A model generated the notes under the pieces. That model worked only from the letters and a program-made list of their open reading frames with translations. It made no database searches and was not told the DNA's origin. The position numbers and the translations under genes were made by a program. From an uncultured Clostridia bacterium (GTDB lineage Bacteria > Bacillota > Clostridia > Christensenellales > UBA3700): a stretch of DNA of 64,000 nucleotides. Shown one piece after another: positions 1 to 8,863 of the stretch. How positions within the stretch are numbered: the first letter of the stretch is position 1; each line of letters starts with the position of its first letter. The DNA lies in NCBI GenBank assembly GCA_937880755.1, contig CALGRX010000020.1:56119-120118 (forward strand). The letters run 5' to 3'.

Positions 1-112
1 CGCTACCTTCAACCACGTCTTTGGTATCGAATGCTACGTTTTGTACGGCAATATCTACGCTTCCTTTTATGCTTTCGACGTCTACGTTTTCCAACAAGTT
101 ACTAAGCAACAT
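1..112 (-). CDS. murE: MurE (UDP-MurNAc-L-Ala-D-Glu:diamino acid ligase), first 37 codons only; the gene runs off the left edge
   Basis: ATG at 110-112 (minus) is preceded by AGGAGGAAG. Hand translation gives MLLSNLLENVDVESIKGSVDIAVQNVAFDTKDVVEGS, which fits the MurE N-terminal pattern. It follows the class B PBP as in dcw clusters. Confidence 0.55.
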   Translation of the reverse strand, partial: MLLSNLLENVDVESIKGSVDIAVQNVAFDTKDVVEGS

Positions 113-198
113 ATCTTCCTCCTAAAAGCTACTATATAATAATATAAATAATACGCCTGCGTAGTGGCTTCGCAATCTTCGACATATTAGACTATTTT

Positions 199-2100
199 TT
201 ATTGACATGCAAAAAACGCTACGGTTTTTTTCTTAATTTTTGCCCCGGCGGCAGGCACTTGATAGACGACCTTGCCACTATCTCCGCTTATCTCGCAATC
301 TATGCCTAGACTTTTGAGTGTTGCACTCGCTTCGGCAAGCGGTTTATCCATCAGGTCGGGCATGACAATCTCTTCGTTGAGATGCTTTTCGTTGCCTTCG
401 AAGTGAGGCTCTATACCTTTGTAGGCAAATATATCGGCAAAAATCGCGCCAACGTAAGGGGCGGCAACTATACTGCCGTAATATACGTAGCCTTGCGGTT
501 CGTCTACCAGCATAAGACATACCAAAGTATCGTCGCCCACGTCGGCAAATCCGATAAAGGAGGATATATATTTACCCCTCGCAATAGCGCCGTTTTCGTA
601 CTTTTGCGCAGTGCCGGTCTTACCGCCGATGCTGTACCCCGCAACCCTAGCATTCTTTCCGCTGCCTTCTTCTACTACCTTGTACAAATACTGCTTCAGC
701 GTTTGGCTGGTTTGCTCGCTGACGGTGCGGGTTTTGGGCGACGGATTGACCTTGTACGCCACTCGTCCCGCCTCGTCTACTATGCTATCCACCACGGTTG
801 GAGTATATAGATATCCGCCGTTGAGCACGGAGCATACCGCAGTCGCTAACTGAATAGGCGTAACGGCAACTGCTTGACCGAATCCTATACGCGCAAGGTC
901 TACGTTTTTGACCTTGGTGCGGTCAATCAGCAGTCCTTTTGCCTCTCCGCTTTGGTCTATACCCGTCTTTTGTCCCAGCCCGAAAGCATCGAAATACTCG
1001 TAGGTTTTTTCACAACCAACCGACAAAGCAATATCCATAAACACGCAGTTGCAAGAGTTTTTTATGCCTTCTTCAAAATTTTGAGAGCCGTGTCCTATGC
1101 TTCGCCAACACTTGATGCGTTGACCGTCCACCGTCGCCGAGCCACCGCAATAATAGGATTTTTTGATTTTGTTTTGCTCAATACCTATGGCGGAAGTGAG
1201 AATTTTGAAAGTTGAGCCCGGCTCGTACACGTCGGTTATTATCGTGTTGCGAGAGCCTTGCAACAATAGTTGCATATCGTCACGAGGTATGTCGTTGAGG
1301 TCGTAGGTCGGAGATACGGATATTGCCTTGACCTGTCCCGTCTTGGCGCTCATCACTATGCAGCTCGCCGACTTACTTTGATACTTTAATTGCGCTTGAG
1401 AGGTAGCCCTTTGCGCAAAGGACTGTATGTTAGAATCTATCGACAATTGGACTCTCATACCCTTGACGCCGTCTTGATAATACGTTACTCCTCCCGCCAA
1501 TTTTTTCCCTACGAGGTCGGTTGGCGTATAGGTTGCGCCGTCCACGCCCTTGAGGTATTGGTCGTAATATTGTTCTATACCGCTCTGTCCCACGCCGTCC
1601 ACGTTGGTAAAGCCCAAAAGTTGCGTTAGGAAGTTGCCGAGAGGATATCGTCTTTCGCTGTCTGCCGTGAGGTATAGTCCGTCCACGTCAAGGCTAATCA
1701 ATTTTATCATTTGACTTCTTGTCAGCTGCTTGGCTACGGTAATCTCAGACACTCCCTTCTTGGTCAATTTTTGATAGAGCTTTTCACTGTCAATATCTAC
1801 GATTGAGGACAATCGGACTGCAAGAGCCTTGATATCCTTCAATTCGTTGGGACGAGCGTACAAAGTGTACACCGTATTACTCTCGGCAAGTACGACGCCG
1901 TTGCAATCGACTATCTCGCCTCTGTCTGCTCTCATGGGCAAATCTCTCGTCCATTGGCTAAATGCCTTGACTTTTAGACTACCCCCTTGGATTATTTGCA
2001 CGTAAAATAATCTTGCTACCAATCCAATAAAACAAAAGACCACCAGCAAGAGCGTTGCCAGCAGTCTTTTTTTGATAGACGTATGTGTAATTTTGTTCAC
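199..2100 (-). CDS. Class B penicillin-binding protein (FtsI/PBP2B/SpoVD-like transpeptidase) with one C-terminal PASTA domain
   Basis: 633 aa with GTG start 6 nt after GGAGGT and an N-terminal TM anchor. Motifs present: STFK, SCN, KTGT. The C-terminal PASTA-like segment is MPDLMDKPLAEASATLKSLGIDCEISG. dcw position. Confidence 0.9.
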   Translation of the reverse strand: MNKITHTSIKKRLLATLLLVVFCFIGLVARLFYVQIIQGGSLKVKAFSQWTRDLPMRADRGEIVDCNGVVLAESNTVYTLYARPNELKDIKALAVRLSSIVDIDSEKLYQKLTKKGVSEITVAKQLTRSQMIKLISLDVDGLYLTADSERRYPLGNFLTQLLGFTNVDGVGQSGIEQYYDQYLKGVDGATYTPTDLVGKKLAGGVTYYQDGVKGMRVQLSIDSNIQSFAQRATSQAQLKYQSKSASCIVMSAKTGQVKAISVSPTYDLNDIPRDDMQLLLQGSRNTIITDVYEPGSTFKILTSAIGIEQNKIKKSYYCGGSATVDGQRIKCWRSIGHGSQNFEEGIKNSCNCVFMDIALSVGCEKTYEYFDAFGLGQKTGIDQSGEAKGLLIDRTKVKNVDLARIGFGQAVAVTPIQLATAVCSVLNGGYLYTPTVVDSIVDEAGRVAYKVNPSPKTRTVSEQTSQTLKQYLYKVVEEGSGKNARVAGYSIGGKTGTAQKYENGAIARGKYISSFIGFADVGDDTLVCLMLVDEPQGYVYYGSIVAAPYVGAIFADIFAYKGIEPHFEGNEKHLNEEIVMPDLMDKPLAEASATLKSLGIDCEISGDSGKVVYQVPAAGAKIKKKTVAFFACQ

Positions 2101-2199
2101 GCTGACCTCCGATATCGTTATATCTTATGAGCGACGTCGGCGGTTTATTTAGAAATTTGATTTTAATAAATTATTTGATATTTTGATTTTTAATTTTTT

Positions 2200-2233
2200 G
2201 CAAAAAAAATACCTCTCTAACTAGTAGAGAGGT
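2200..2233 (-). terminator. Rho-independent terminator-like hairpin between the ftsL-slot gene and the PBP gene
   Basis: On the minus strand, CCTCTCT-actagtt-AGAGAGG (2212-2232) is followed by an 8-T run (plus-strand A run 2202-2209). Confidence 0.6.
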
Positions 2234-2239
2234 GGCTTG

Positions 2240-2935
2240 TTATCCCAATACCTTAGCAATAGAATCGCAAAGATTGTCAAATCCGCCCGTTGTGGTATCG
2301 TAATCGTATTGAATTACGTTGTCCATAGGTTGCAATTCTATCACGTTGCCATCGGCGTCAACTGCGTATCCAATTGCTTCTTCGTTGTAGGTTACGTTGT
2401 CCTCAACGCTTGCGGAAACTGCTCCCGTGCCGGCAGTTGCCATATTGATTATCAACAACGTTGCGATAACGGCTACGATAAAGAAGTATACGCAAATCAT
2501 CATTTTTGCCTTTGTATTGAGCTTGGACTTCTTTTTGGCGTTGGTTTTATTGCTATTGTTGACGTTTTGGTTCATTGCAGGGTTTTGTCTTACGTAGCCC
2601 TCGCTGTTGTCGCGATAATAATATCCCGAATTCTCTTGTGGGCGAGCGTAATCGGCGCTTGCTTGAGCATAACTATCTTGATAACGATATCCTGCTTCGT
2701 AGTTTTGATTGTAATCGCGTGCATATGTATTATAATTATTGTACGCTTGTTCATAATAACGATTTTGGTAGTCGTTTTGATAGTTATTCTGATAATATCC
2801 GTTGTCGTTAGCGTTGTCGTCATAGCTTTGGGTATATCCGCTTTGTCCGTATGCAGAATTGTAATATGCAAAATTATTGACGTCGTTTTCATACGTGCTT
2901 TGTTCGTATTTTTCTCTTTCCATCAATTTGTTCAT
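2240..2935 (-). CDS. Hypothetical bitopic membrane protein in the ftsL position; N/Y/Q-rich cytoplasmic domain, one TM, small extracellular domain
   Basis: 231 aa; ATG is preceded by AAGGAG. About 135 aa are rich in N, Y and Q, followed by KKKSKLNTKAK, the TM MMICVYFFIVAVIATLLIINMA and about 65 aa outside. It sits between rsmH and the PBP. Confidence 0.75.
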   Translation of the reverse strand: MNKLMEREKYEQSTYENDVNNFAYYNSAYGQSGYTQSYDDNANDNGYYQNNYQNDYQNRYYEQAYNNYNTYARDYNQNYEAGYRYQDSYAQASADYARPQENSGYYYRDNSEGYVRQNPAMNQNVNNSNKTNAKKKSKLNTKAKMMICVYFFIVAVIATLLIINMATAGTGAVSASVEDNVTYNEEAIGYAVDADGNVIELQPMDNVIQYDYDTTTGGFDNLCDSIAKVLG

Positions 2936-2951
2936 ATCTCTTCTCCTTTGG

Positions 2952-3884
2952 CTATATTTTTTGCGCTATTCTCAACTTGGCGCTAGATGCTCTACTGTTG
3001 TTTTGCAACTCTTGCTCGCTAGCCACGATAGGTTTTTTGGTGATAATCTCTATCTCTTTGACCTTGTCGCAAGTGCAAATTGGTTGTTGCGGAGGACATA
3101 TACAGTCCTTTTCGAGGTATTGAAAAGCCCTTTTGACTATCCTATCCTCTAGCGAGTGGAAGGTGATAACGCATATCCTTCCGCCAACCTTGAGTCTTCT
3201 TGCAAGTCCCTCTACTATCGTATCAAGTCCGCTAAGCTCTCCGTTGACCTCTATTCTTATCGCCTGAAAGGTTCTTTTACAAGGATTTCCGCCCTTCCAT
3301 CTAAGCTTTGCAGGATAAGAATTTTCTACTATCTCGGCAAGCTCGCCCGTAGTTGTTATTTTTTGTTTTGATCTGGCAACTACGATATTGTGAGCAATTC
3401 TTCTTGCAAGTCTATCATCACCGTATTGGTATATGACGTCGGCAAGCTCTTCTTCGTCGTATTCGTTGACCACTTCCATTGCGCTGAGGCGTTGGGATTG
3501 GTCCATTCTCATATCGAGAGGCGCGTCGCTGTTGTAGCTAAATCCCCTATCTGCGTTGTCGAGCTGGTAGGACGAAACGCCAAGGTCCAACAACACTCCG
3601 TCTATTTGGTCTATCTCCATCTCGTCCAAGTGCGACAAAGAGTTTTTGAAGTCGTCGTGAACGTAGGTGATTTTTTCTCTATACGGTGACAGTCTTACCA
3701 TCGTGCTCTCTATCGCTTGAGCGTCCTTGTCGAAAGCTATGAGTCTTCCCGTCGTAAGGCGCTCGAGTATCTTTTCGCTGTGTCCGCCACCGCCCAACGT
3801 TCCGTCTACGTAAATTCCGTCGGGTTTGATATCCAAGCCTTGTATACATTCTTCAAGTAGTACGGGTACGTGTCTAAATTCCAT
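2952..3884 (-). CDS. rsmH: 16S rRNA (cytosine1402-N4)-methyltransferase RsmH/MraW
   Basis: 310 aa starting MEFRHVPVLLEE, with the SAM motif DGTLGGGGHS. Downstream of mraZ. Confidence 0.95.
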   Translation of the reverse strand: MEFRHVPVLLEECIQGLDIKPDGIYVDGTLGGGGHSEKILERLTTGRLIAFDKDAQAIESTMVRLSPYREKITYVHDDFKNSLSHLDEMEIDQIDGVLLDLGVSSYQLDNADRGFSYNSDAPLDMRMDQSQRLSAMEVVNEYDEEELADVIYQYGDDRLARRIAHNIVVARSKQKITTTGELAEIVENSYPAKLRWKGGNPCKRTFQAIRIEVNGELSGLDTIVEGLARRLKVGGRICVITFHSLEDRIVKRAFQYLEKDCICPPQQPICTCDKVKEIEIITKKPIVASEQELQNNSRASSAKLRIAQKI

Positions 3885-3886
3885 AA

Positions 3887-4339
3887 CTAAAACGTAATCT
3901 CCTCACCAAGTTGAGCAATGATTGCATCGTAAGACATATTGCTACTAAACTTCTCGTTCTCTTCTTCCCACTTGGCTTTGCCCCAAATCTCTATCTTGTT
4001 GCCCATACCTACGAAGACGACTTCTTTGCCTATCCCCAAGGTTTGCTTCAATTCGCTTGGCAAAGTAAATCTTCCTTGTCCGTCTTCTTTGATTTCGTTG
4101 ATATTAGAATAGATTTGTCTTGCTGCAAACGTAATCATATTTTCCGACAAGCCAATCTTCTTGCACAACTTCTCTTGAATTTCTTTGGCTTTTTCTTCCG
4201 AGATGATGCTGAGATAATCGGAGGCGTTCTTCATATAAAATATTTTTCCTTCGCCAAACTTACTGCGATACTTAGAAGGAATGCGATATCTTCCCTTCTC
4301 GTCCGCTTGCAAGCTTACCGTTCCGTAAAAACCTTCCAT
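3887..4339 (-). CDS. mraZ: Transcriptional regulator MraZ
   Basis: MraZ-like duplicated SpoVT/AbrB-type sequence (GRYRIPSKYR ... GRFTLPSELK). I chose the ATG at 4337-4339 because AGGAGGGG lies 4 nt upstream; the track start at 4357 has no RBS. Confidence 0.9.
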   Translation of the reverse strand: MEGFYGTVSLQADEKGRYRIPSKYRSKFGEGKIFYMKNASDYLSIISEEKAKEIQEKLCKKIGLSENMITFAARQIYSNINEIKEDGQGRFTLPSELKQTLGIGKEVVFVGMGNKIEIWGKAKWEEENEKFSSNMSYDAIIAQLGEEITF

Positions 4340-4368
4340 AAGACCCCTCCTTATCATTCTTCACTAAT

Positions 4369-4397
4369 ATAATAACAATAAAATTTGGGATTGTCAA
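4369..4397 (-). promoter_or_regulatory. Putative sigma-A promoter of mraZ (TTGACA-17-TATTAT)
   Basis: Minus strand: TTGACA (4392-4397), 17 nt spacer atcccaaattttattgt, TATTAT (4369-4374); about 30 nt upstream of the mraZ start. Confidence 0.5.
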
Positions 4398-4406
4398 TAA
4401 CAATTT

Positions 4407-4421
4407 TCCACTTTTTTCCAC
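4407..4421 (-). promoter_or_regulatory. Two direct GTGGA(A)AAA repeats with 10 bp periodicity just upstream of the -35; candidate MraZ-binding repeats
   Basis: The minus strand reads cGTGGAaaaaaGTGGAaaattgttaTTGACA. MraZ operators described elsewhere are short G-rich direct repeats at 10 bp periodicity. Confidence 0.35.
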
Positions 4422-4909
4422 GATATAAAAACAAACATATGTTTATAAAGCATATTTTGTGTTAAAATAATATTTTTAGCACAATATATTGTGTTTTAGG
4501 TGTGGAAAATCGTATTTTTTTGTAAAAAAATCCCAAAAAAATTTTTTATTTTTTTCTAAAAATAATCTTGAAAATATCGTATTATTTATCCAAATTTCAA
4601 TATTGGTGGTAAAAATCCCAAATTATCGTCTAATTCCCAAAATTCATTTTTCAGTATCCCAAAACCTTACATCTTGCTACCCTTCATAGAACAAAAGCGA
4701 GTTAGCGTGTTACCGTTAAGAAAATTTCACAAGAATAAGAAAAATAGCTCACTAATTAGCAGGGAAGTGAGCTTATTTTGGTTGTATTGTATACTAGCGT
4801 TGCAAACACTGATATTATATTTACTTTAACTTTCCGATAGAAAAATATCACCTTGCATTCAGCAAAATATCACGCCGAAGGCATATCGCTTGTCACAATG
4901 CAAATAGTT

Positions 4910-4943
4910 GTGGCGTAGCGATAAACCCCTATCGCTACGCCAC
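4910..4943 (-). terminator. 13 bp stem hairpin downstream of the metallophosphoesterase gene (weak U tract)
   Basis: GTGGCGTAGCGAT-aaacccct-ATCGCTACGCCAC lies 35 nt after the stop at 4979. The trailing sequence is only moderately T-rich. Confidence 0.45.
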
Positions 4944-4978
4944 TTAAAGTCGCCTTTATAATATTTACGTATCAATAA

Positions 4979-5668
4979 TTATAGTTCTTTGAGCAATACT
5001 AAGTTGTTGTCTACCAAGTCGCAAGACGACAAGTAGTACGGTATACCGTCTATCTCAACACACTTGACTGCCCTGCAATCCTTGCCGTGAAGATGACCGT
5101 ACACCACCGCATCAACGTTATGTTCACTCAACAAACGAGTAAAATCATTTTCTTTCATATTGACGTCAAAGGGCGGATAATGACACATTGCAACAACCCA
5201 ATCACCCTCTTGTCTCATTTTTTCCATTTTTTCCAACGATAATTGAAGCCTCAGGCACTCTCTATTGATAATCTTATCGTCCTTATCCGCTCCGCTAAGC
5301 GCCCACAGTCTCGAGCCACATACGAGCGCCCTACCGACTCTAACGCAGTCGTTTTGCAGACACAATACGCTACTATCAATGATAGATTTGACTTTACTTA
5401 GCGATGACCACCAATAGTCGTGATTGCCCTTGATGATAACCTTAGTTCCTTTTAGGTATGCTAGTTGGTCTAGGTCGGGTTTAGCTTCTTCTAACGACAT
5501 ACCCCAACTCAAATCACCACACAAAAGCACGAGGTCGTCGTCACCAACCTTGACGGCCCAATCGGCTTTGATTTTTTCCCAATAGCCTTCCCAACTACTG
5601 CCGAAGATATCCATCGGCTTGTTGCAAGCGCTTGAGAGGTGTAAGTCGCTTATCGCAAATACCTTCAT
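4979..5668 (-). CDS. Calcineurin-like metallophosphoesterase
   Basis: Starts MKVFAISDLHLS, with GDLSW, GNHDYW and GHLH motifs. The ATG at 5666-5668 is preceded by GGAAGG; the track start at 5680 is TTG inside the RBS. Confidence 0.8.
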   Translation of the reverse strand: MKVFAISDLHLSSACNKPMDIFGSSWEGYWEKIKADWAVKVGDDDLVLLCGDLSWGMSLEEAKPDLDQLAYLKGTKVIIKGNHDYWWSSLSKVKSIIDSSVLCLQNDCVRVGRALVCGSRLWALSGADKDDKIINRECLRLQLSLEKMEKMRQEGDWVVAMCHYPPFDVNMKENDFTRLLSEHNVDAVVYGHLHGKDCRAVKCVEIDGIPYYLSSCDLVDNNLVLLKEL

Positions 5669-5920
5669 TTTACCTTCCAATATTCAATTATGTTAATTTA
5701 CACCGTATCACTAGACACGCTCAGTCATACGCGTCTATTGCCTTACGTTGACGGATAAAATAACTTTTCGTAGCTCTAATACGTTTTGCTATGTAGTTGA
5801 GTTTTTAACTAACCTCAACTATTCAACTTTTAATTATCAAAAATAATTATTGTTTATATATTTTGCAATATTATTATATTTTTTAAGCTATTTTAGAACT
5901 AAATATTCCAAAATAACTGC

Positions 5921-6514
5921 CTACGCGTTAGTAAGCAATCCTTCCATTCTATCCAAAGCTTGCGCCAATCCTTGCTTATTTTGACAAGAAATAACGACTA
6001 TATCATCCACTCCAACGGCAAGAGCCGAAGCAATAATTTGCTTTTGTTTGGCTTGTTGCATCTTGGAGAGTTTGTCGCCTTTAGTGGCAATTATTGCAAA
6101 AGGCAAGTGATAATAATGCAGGTACGCCACCATCTGTTTGTCGAGTGCGTCGGGCGTTCTTCTGATATCTATCAGCACCAATACCCCCGCTATTCTTCCA
6201 AATCTGTTGGCTAGATACCCTTCTATCATACTGCCCCACTTTTTCTTTTCGTTATCATCCACCTTAGCAAAGCCGTAGCCGGGCAAATCTACCAACATAA
6301 ACCGTCCGTCGTTGAAGTCAAAGTAGTTGATAAGCCTCGTTCTTCCGGGGGTTGACGAGGTCTTAGCAAGCCCCGATACTCCGGCTATCATATTGATAAA
6401 GGAAGACTTGCCTACGTTTGACTTGCCCGCAACCGCAATTTCGGGACAGCCGTAGTCCTTGCACGCTCTACTATCCGACTGTGAAACGACGAATTTTGCC
6501 TTTTTGATTATCAC
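5921..6514 (-). CDS. engB: Ribosome biogenesis GTPase YsxC/EngB (YihA)
   Basis: 197 aa with G1 GKSNVGKSS and G3 DLPGYG. It overlaps the lon stop by 4 nt, as in the tig-clpX-lon-ysxC arrangement of Firmicutes. Confidence 0.9.
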   Translation of the reverse strand: MIIKKAKFVVSQSDSRACKDYGCPEIAVAGKSNVGKSSFINMIAGVSGLAKTSSTPGRTRLINYFDFNDGRFMLVDLPGYGFAKVDDNEKKKWGSMIEGYLANRFGRIAGVLVLIDIRRTPDALDKQMVAYLHYYHLPFAIIATKGDKLSKMQQAKQKQIIASALAVGVDDIVVISCQNKQGLAQALDRMEGLLTNA

Positions 6515-8829
6515 AGCCTACCTCCAAATACTATATCGAAGGCTTCCTGCACGTTGCTTACCAACCTAACGTCAAGTTTTTCTTTTACTACGCTAGGCAT
6601 TTCGGCAAGGTCCTTTTCGTTTCTCGTAGGGATTATCACTTTACCAATGCCGTTTCTGACGCAAGCGAGCAGTTTTTCCTTGAGACCGCCTATAGGCAAC
6701 ACCTTGCCGCTAAGCGTAAGCTCTCCCGTCATTGCAACGTCGTTGTCTGCAGGGATTTGCGTATAAGCCGACAATAGCGAGCAAGCTATCGCTACGCCTG
6801 CCGATGGTCCGTCTTTTGGGGTAGCACCCTCGGGCGCGTGGATATGAACGTCGTTTTTGGTAAGCAAATCTTCACTCTTGCCCATAGTAGCCAATTTGTT
6901 TTTGACCACCGTCAAAGCAATCTTAGCAGACTCTTTCATCACGTCGCCCAAATTACCCGTCAAAGTCATATTACCCTTGCCAAAAGGTAGCAGTGTGCTC
7001 TCAATATTCATCACGACGCCGCCAACGCTCGTCCAAGCCAGTCCGTTGACTACCCCGCATTCTTTATCAAAATACTTCCCGCTACCGTCATACTTGGCTA
7101 CCCCTAGGTACTCGTCCAAGTCTTTAGCCTGCACGTGGAAGCGTTTTCCTTGACTATCTTGCTCAATATTAGCAACTTTCACGGCGATTTTTCGGCAAAT
7201 AGACGCTATTTGTCTGTCCAATTCTCTCACACCCGATTCGCTCGTGTATTTTTGGATTACACCCACCAATGCGTCGTCGTCAAACACAACCTCACACCCC
7301 GACAATCCGTTGTTGGCGATTTGCTGAGGCACAAGGTATCTTTTGGCAATTTCCAACTTCTCTTCTTGAGTATATCCGCTCATCTCTATCACTTCCATTC
7401 TGTCTAACAACGGTTGTTGGACGCCACTTAGAGTATTGGCTGTGATTATGAAAGTAACTTTGGACAAATCGTAAGGAATTTCCAAATAATGGTCTCTAAA
7501 ATACTTGTTTTGCTTAGGGTCAAGCACCTCGAGTAACGCGCTCGAAGGGTCGCCGCCCACGCCACTTCCTATCTTATCTATCTCGTCAAGCAAAAACAAA
7601 GGGTTAGAATATTTGATATCACACAGACTATGGATAATTCTGCCCGGCATTGCGCCGACGTAAGTTCTTCTATGTCCTCTGATTTCTGCTTCGTCCTTCA
7701 TTCCGCCAAGGCTCATCTGCACTAATTCTTTACCTACAGCCCTTGCAATAGAGCGCGCAATAGAAGTTTTACCCACCCCCGGTGGTCCTACAAGACACAA
7801 AATCGGCGCGTCAATCTCGGGAGCTAATTTTTTGACGGCTATGTATTCCAAGACTCTTTGCTTAACATTTTCTATGCCGTAGTGGTCCTCGTCCAAAATC
7901 TTGGCAGCCTTAGCAACGTCGTAGTCGTCTTCACCCATATTATCCCACGGCAAAGACAACGCCGTGTCCATATAATTGCATAGTATCGAATATTCCGGTG
8001 CCGAGGTAGGCAATTTTTCCATTTTCGACAAGTCGGATTTTAGTTTTGACTTTACTTTATCCGAGGCGTTGAGCTCTTCGACCCTCTTTCTATACACGTC
8101 CACGTCTTCGTCGTTGTCGCCGAGCTCGTCCTTTATAGCCTTGATACGCTCTCTCAATACGTAGTCGCGTTGACCTTGCTCAATCCTTTCGTTGACTATA
8201 TTGTCGACTCTTTTCATGACAAAGTAGTCGTTGAGAGCCTCTCTCATGAGCACCGTCGCCAACTCTACGCGAGCCAAAGAATCGTCCATTTCGATAACGT
8301 ACTGTCTTTGCTTGTCGGCAACACCCATCAAGACGATATTGATTTTTTCGTCCACGTTTTTTGCCGAGCGAAAAGCTTCCGCCAACTTTTTGATTTCTTT
8401 ATTGTTCTCTAAACTGAGGTATTCGTCAAAAATTTTATCAATCAGATGAAAATAACTCTCAATCAAAGGATTGTCGGAGTTGACGTAATCTAGTTGATTT
8501 ACGCTTGCCAAAGTAGGAGAATTATTCATAAATTCTACTACTTTACCTCTTACCTCACCAACCAATCTCCAATTATCGAGTCCTCTTAGTTTTTTGACGT
8601 TGCAAATCGTACCCGTCAAACAGCACTTACTCATAGTTGGCTCTTCTTGCACGGCTTGAATGCTCGTCGCCTTAAGCACTAATACTTTGCCTTGATACTT
8701 GTCTACAGCCGTAACGAAAGCCATATTTACGTAAGACTTTTTTGCCAAACATTCGTAGGTTTCAAAAGGAAAAATTGTATCTTCTAATGCCACTACCGGC
8801 AAAATTTTGCTATCCATTGTTATCTCCAA
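6511..8829 (-). CDS. lon: ATP-dependent Lon protease
   Basis: 772 aa with Walker A GPPGVGKTS and protease-domain catalytic Ser motif PKDGPSAG. Confidence 0.95.
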   Translation of the reverse strand: MEITMDSKILPVVALEDTIFPFETYECLAKKSYVNMAFVTAVDKYQGKVLVLKATSIQAVQEEPTMSKCCLTGTICNVKKLRGLDNWRLVGEVRGKVVEFMNNSPTLASVNQLDYVNSDNPLIESYFHLIDKIFDEYLSLENNKEIKKLAEAFRSAKNVDEKINIVLMGVADKQRQYVIEMDDSLARVELATVLMREALNDYFVMKRVDNIVNERIEQGQRDYVLRERIKAIKDELGDNDEDVDVYRKRVEELNASDKVKSKLKSDLSKMEKLPTSAPEYSILCNYMDTALSLPWDNMGEDDYDVAKAAKILDEDHYGIENVKQRVLEYIAVKKLAPEIDAPILCLVGPPGVGKTSIARSIARAVGKELVQMSLGGMKDEAEIRGHRRTYVGAMPGRIIHSLCDIKYSNPLFLLDEIDKIGSGVGGDPSSALLEVLDPKQNKYFRDHYLEIPYDLSKVTFIITANTLSGVQQPLLDRMEVIEMSGYTQEEKLEIAKRYLVPQQIANNGLSGCEVVFDDDALVGVIQKYTSESGVRELDRQIASICRKIAVKVANIEQDSQGKRFHVQAKDLDEYLGVAKYDGSGKYFDKECGVVNGLAWTSVGGVVMNIESTLLPFGKGNMTLTGNLGDVMKESAKIALTVVKNKLATMGKSEDLLTKNDVHIHAPEGATPKDGPSAGVAIACSLLSAYTQIPADNDVAMTGELTLSGKVLPIGGLKEKLLACVRNGIGKVIIPTRNEKDLAEMPSVVKEKLDVRLVSNVQEAFDIVFGGRL

Positions 8830-8863
8830 AAAATGCGAATAATTTTTATTATTCGCATTCCTA

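Noticed and set aside
4489-4689. 66 aa plus-strand ORF in the mraZ upstream gap
   Set aside because: It has a TTG start, no Shine-Dalgarno, is encoded by poly-A/T low-complexity DNA, and its sequence is dominated by K, F, N and I.
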